A program made the translations under genes and the position numbers. DNA of 63,990 bases, counting the filler, from Stramenopiles sp. TOSAG23-2 (Eukaryota): NCBI GenBank assembly GCA_900128395.1. It is 4 parts of 4 records of this genome, joined end to end, with 100 filler letters (N's around TTAATTAATTAA, not from the genome) between each part and the next. Parts side by side here need not be neighbours in the genome. Positions count along the whole stretch, not along the records: positions 49,668 to 63,990 come from LT649763.1; 3 more parts are not named here. One strand, given 5' to 3'. Every line of letters starts with the position of its first letter. Position 1 is the first letter of the stretch. Below, in pieces: positions 60,535-63,990 of this stretch. The notes under the pieces are model-generated. The model had not been told where the DNA came from. It saw nothing but the letters and a program-made list of their open reading frames with translations, and did not search any database.

Positions 60535-62874
60535 ATGACAAACAATAGTCACAGAGCAACAGATTTTGCGGAAAAGCATAAAATTAATTACCACCCAATT
60601 AATTTAAAGTTAATAAAAAAGTATAAAAACAACAGCAGTGAATGTGAGAAAAATGAAGATGAAAGTGACAAATTAGTTAAGAAATTACAGGGTGAAAAAG
60701 ATGGAGGAATGCCAAAACTGACTGATTTTAGGAATAGAAAGGAACTGATTGAAACAAAGAAAGTTTTAATGAAACAAGGCTATCCATTTTCTCATATAGC
60801 ATTTGAAACATCAAATATTTATCAAATAGACATAGATTGTGTAAATTATCACCAAATGTTTAGAGACATTATGAAACATTCACCATATACTAAATCAACC
60901 ACTAAGGAATTTGGACATCATATTTTTATTACATCTGCTAATTTTACACCTCCTAAAGATAGGCTTCAATTTAAAAAGAAATATGGGAATGCAGTGGAAT
61001 TATTGTGTGGTCAATGGAGTTGGTGTAAAGCTGATGCAAAAGTATATAATGCTGAAAAACCAATTGTAGACATTCCAAATTTAGAAGAATATTTAGAGAT
61101 ATCTACATCAAAATGTAATGACATAGAACCATTAAATCATTTAAAACCATTCAATTATCTGTTAATTAAAGATAATATGGAACAGATAAAGAAAGAAACA
61201 CTAGAAGATTATCAAAAAGCTGTAGGGATTATTCTAAAATGTGCATCTACTGGAGATGAAAGAATATATAAAATACTTCAACAGGTTATGTCAAATGCAG
61301 ACAATTACAACAATGATTGGGTAAAGAAAAAGTGGGATGAATATGACCTGATAAAACACACATCATATCATTTTGACTTTGATACACCACAAGATGTGGA
61401 TACAAAAACTGAATATGAAAAACCAACAGAAATAACAAATACATCCATAGCCGAATATTTATTAAATGTGTATGGTAACAACTTTATTTATGCTGGAGCC
61501 ACAAAAGAATTGTATTATTGGAATGGAGATATATGGGAAAGAGATGTAGAAGGGTATATCCATAGGCTGATTGAAAAAAATATTTATTTGGAACTAACAA
61601 AGTATGTGGTAACATTAAATGATTGTAAAGCAAAAGACAATATTATAAAAAAGGTTTTATTGCTCCATAATGAAAAGTTTAGACAAAATACCTTGAAGTC
61701 CTTTGTGCAAATGTGTAAAATGGAAAGATTAGTGAATGTAGCAATGAACTACAATGATGTGCAAAAACACTATGTTCATTTTAAGAATGGGTGTGTTAAT
61801 CTAAAAACTGGCAAGTTTAGAAAACAAACAAAAAAAGATTATGTTTCTGTAAAATTAAATTATGATTACAAGGTTCCAACAGACAAGGGTGTTGTGGAGC
61901 AAATGAAAATTTTAGAACCAATCATTAAACAACTACAACAATGTAAGCAGCAATATGATTTAATGATGATGTGGAAAGCTTACTGCTTAACTGGTGAAAC
62001 AAAAGAACAAAAATTTATGATGGCTATTGGTTACAGCACCAGAAATGGAAAATCCACATTGTTGAAAATACATTCAATCACCTTTCCAATCTATACAGCT
62101 AAATTTTCCAACAACTGTTTCACAAAAAACAATTCTCAATCAGACAGGGATTTTTCCAAGCTTATTAATAATCCTATTAGATTAATTTTCATTGAGGAAT
62201 TAGATGACAAACCCCAAGATGTAAATAAATTTAATGATGTTGTTGATGGTTATAGTATAACAATAAGACAATTATACAAAGAAAAGGTGAATATAATAAT
62301 TCATGCAAAGGTGGGAACAACAAGTAATTTTGACCCAAATTTTTCTAATAAAAACAAAGGGATTTTACAAAGACTGGTAGTTCAATTTTTTCAAAGCAAA
62401 TTTGTTGTAACAGAAGAGGAATTAGAGCAAAAAAAAAAAGATGGCTACAAAAATGTGTATATTGGACACCAGGACATAGATAGTTTGTTTCTAAACAACA
62501 ATATGAAATTAGCTTACTTTTATCTGTTGCTACCTTATTGTAAGAAGTATTATGAGAACAGGTTGATAATACCAAAAGAAAACTTAAAGTTTAGCAATAA
62601 CATTATTGAAGATTATGATGAATTCAATGAAGTGTTTGAAAAAAACTTTGAAAAAAAGCCAAACGAAAAAACAAGCAAAGTTGATGTTCAAAATAGGATA
62701 AAGGAAAACAATCAATTTAAAGATATGCAGTGGAGAGATATTTTAAAACAAATGAAACAAAGGGGCTTTACATATAATAGTCAAATGTGCAAACAAGGTA
62801 AAAGAGGATTCTTTATTGGTCTAAAATTAAAGCTGTATGATGTAGATGAAATTGAAACAGATGACAAAGCTTAA
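60535..62874 (+). CDS. D5-like primase-helicase (primase-like N-domain, D5_N, superfamily 3 helicase)
   Basis: QIDID and GHHIF primase-like motifs; LYYWNGDIWE, HFKNGCVNLKTGKF (D5_N); Walker A GYSTRNGKST, Walker B IFIEELD, motif C TTSNFDP. Confidence 0.9.
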   Translation: MTNNSHRATDFAEKHKINYHPINLKLIKKYKNNSSECEKNEDESDKLVKKLQGEKDGGMPKLTDFRNRKELIETKKVLMKQGYPFSHIAFETSNIYQIDIDCVNYHQMFRDIMKHSPYTKSTTKEFGHHIFITSANFTPPKDRLQFKKKYGNAVELLCGQWSWCKADAKVYNAEKPIVDIPNLEEYLEISTSKCNDIEPLNHLKPFNYLLIKDNMEQIKKETLEDYQKAVGIILKCASTGDERIYKILQQVMSNADNYNNDWVKKKWDEYDLIKHTSYHFDFDTPQDVDTKTEYEKPTEITNTSIAEYLLNVYGNNFIYAGATKELYYWNGDIWERDVEGYIHRLIEKNIYLELTKYVVTLNDCKAKDNIIKKVLLLHNEKFRQNTLKSFVQMCKMERLVNVAMNYNDVQKHYVHFKNGCVNLKTGKFRKQTKKDYVSVKLNYDYKVPTDKGVVEQMKILEPIIKQLQQCKQQYDLMMMWKAYCLTGETKEQKFMMAIGYSTRNGKSTLLKIHSITFPIYTAKFSNNCFTKNNSQSDRDFSKLINNPIRLIFIEELDDKPQDVNKFNDVVDGYSITIRQLYKEKVNIIIHAKVGTTSNFDPNFSNKNKGILQRLVVQFFQSKFVVTEEELEQKKKDGYKNVYIGHQDIDSLFLNNNMKLAYFYLLLPYCKKYYENRLIIPKENLKFSNNIIEDYDEFNEVFEKNFEKKPNEKTSKVDVQNRIKENNQFKDMQWRDILKQMKQRGFTYNSQMCKQGKRGFFIGLKLKLYDVDEIETDDKA

Positions 62875-62931
62875 CTATTTTTTACAGAAAAGAAATACTT
62901 TAGTAGAAAAATATATATCTAATAAAATTAT

Positions 62932-63609
62932 ATGAATACTTTTAATCCAAATGCAAATGATTTGTTTCAAAATGTGAAGATGGTCATCTCCAAAACGAAG
63001 AAGCCTAGTAAACCTGCTAACATATGTGCTATGCCTGCCAAACCTGCGAAAAAGTTAAAGAATAGCAATATTTTTTTATATCCTAAATGTAAAATGGAAG
63101 AACCTTCCAAACAAGAAGATGTTGCTGTAAAGGCAGAAGATGTTAAAGAACCAGAAACACCTCCACCTACGTTGGATGCTCCAAAACATGATGTAGGTCA
63201 ACAAGGGAAAGATAAGAAATTGCGAAAAAAAAGGACAGACCATAATACACCAGAACGCTTACAACAATTAGCAAAAGCATGCAAAAAAGTGTTAGCAAAA
63301 TGCAGGGAAAATTCTAAAAAACAACACAAAGAAAAGGAAGAAGCCCTAAGGAAAAAGTATGCTCCTCCTGCCCCACCTGTGCCTAAAGCAAAACCGAAGC
63401 CAAAATATACCAAAGAACAAGTGGAAGCTAGTATGTTTAGTATGTTAGATAAGTGGGATGATAGATGTCAAATGAGAAAACGAAAAGCTAAGGAAGAAGA
63501 AGCAAAAAAAGCAGCACTTGAAAAAAAGAAACCTTCAAGTTCTGATAGAAAAATACCATCTTTGTATAAAACAAATCAACAAACAAATTGGGATAGTTTG
63601 TTTTATTAA
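62932..63609 (+). CDS. Hypothetical Lys/Pro/Glu-rich basic protein (true start may be MEEP near 63094)
   Basis: 225-aa ORF with GKDKKLRKKR and LQQLAKACKKVLAKCREN. Confidence 0.7.
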   Translation: MNTFNPNANDLFQNVKMVISKTKKPSKPANICAMPAKPAKKLKNSNIFLYPKCKMEEPSKQEDVAVKAEDVKEPETPPPTLDAPKHDVGQQGKDKKLRKKRTDHNTPERLQQLAKACKKVLAKCRENSKKQHKEKEEALRKKYAPPAPPVPKAKPKPKYTKEQVEASMFSMLDKWDDRCQMRKRKAKEEEAKKAALEKKKPSSSDRKIPSLYKTNQQTNWDSLFY

Positions 63610-63990
63610 TTAAAATTGGACTTTGATTTGTTTTGTATCTAATTTCCCAAATTCTGAAACATACTTCTCCGGTTTTAATTCTTCAGTATGAACATTATTT
63701 TTCAATACAACTATCCTTGGACTTTTTTCCTTGAGTTTAATGAAGTAATCAAAATGCTTTGATTTGCAACTAATAGAAGTTAATTTATAAAACACATCTT
63801 CTTCATACTCTTTGATGGTTGATATGTAATCAGGTTGAATCTTGTTGGGTAACACTTCTGTTCTTTTTTTCTTCTTATAGTAGTAACAAGTTGTTATACC
63901 ATAATCATTGTCTTCTGTCTCAAAACAATGTTTCCTTATCAAATGACCGGGTATGAAGTATTCTTTTCCTTCATAAAAAAAAAATGTAAT
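63610..63990 (-). CDS. Hypothetical protein, 5' partial (frame open to the window edge)
   Basis: The frame extends beyond 63942 as ITFFFYEGKEYFIPGHLIRKH...; its stop codon directly abuts that of the convergent ORF. Confidence 0.65.
   Translation of the reverse strand: MTFFFYEGKEYFIPGHLIRKHCFETEDNDYGITTCYYYKKKKRTEVLPNKIQPDYISTIKEYEEDVFYKLTSISCKSKHFDYFIKLKEKSPRIVVLKNNVHTEELKPEKYVSEFGKLDTKQIKVQF

Larger units (their letters stand above)
49668..63990. mobile_element. Virus-like element, probably a Polinton-like virus or endogenous viral element (partial)
   Basis: Intronless, mostly co-oriented genes without poly-Asn; D5-type primase-helicase, adenine MTase, penton-like protein, RING protein; no major capsid, packaging ATPase or pPolB in view. 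Confidence 0.65.

Overview
The window is four unrelated assembly contigs joined by artificial 100-nt spacers (N44-TTAATTAATTAA-N44 at 16495-16594, 33038-33137 and 49568-49667). Contig 1 (1-16494) is comparatively GC-rich, gene-dense green-algal nuclear DNA (Mamiellophyceae/Bathycoccus-like by inference). It encodes cyclin H, 2-oxoglutarate dehydrogenase E1, ALB3, a double-AP2 factor, a GT23 fucosyltransferase, WDR55, TMEM222/RTE1, a GST/glutaredoxin-like protein and a partial PDK1-like kinase. Contigs 2 and 3 (16595-33037, 33138-49567) come from a very AT-rich protist with GT-AG introns and Asn-rich proteins. They carry a dNK, a head-to-head pair of uncharacterised paralogs (possible winged helix plus two TM helices), an Oxa1/Cox18 insertase fused to a Mei2-type RRM, an XK-domain/ankyrin fusion and LRR proteins. 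Contig 4 (49668-63990) is intronless and virus-like, probably a Polinton-like virus or endogenous viral element. It has a RING protein, an N6-adenine methyltransferase, a 1238-aa penton-like protein and a D5-type primase-helicase. It also shows an array of hairpin repeats with a recurrent TGAT-N10-ATCA palindrome, an ori-like inverted repeat and a sharp switch to extreme CpG depletion with CpG-decay-like substitutions in its right-hand part. Chimeric contig ends suggest an MDA-amplified single-cell assembly. All family assignments come from motif recognition, not database searches.
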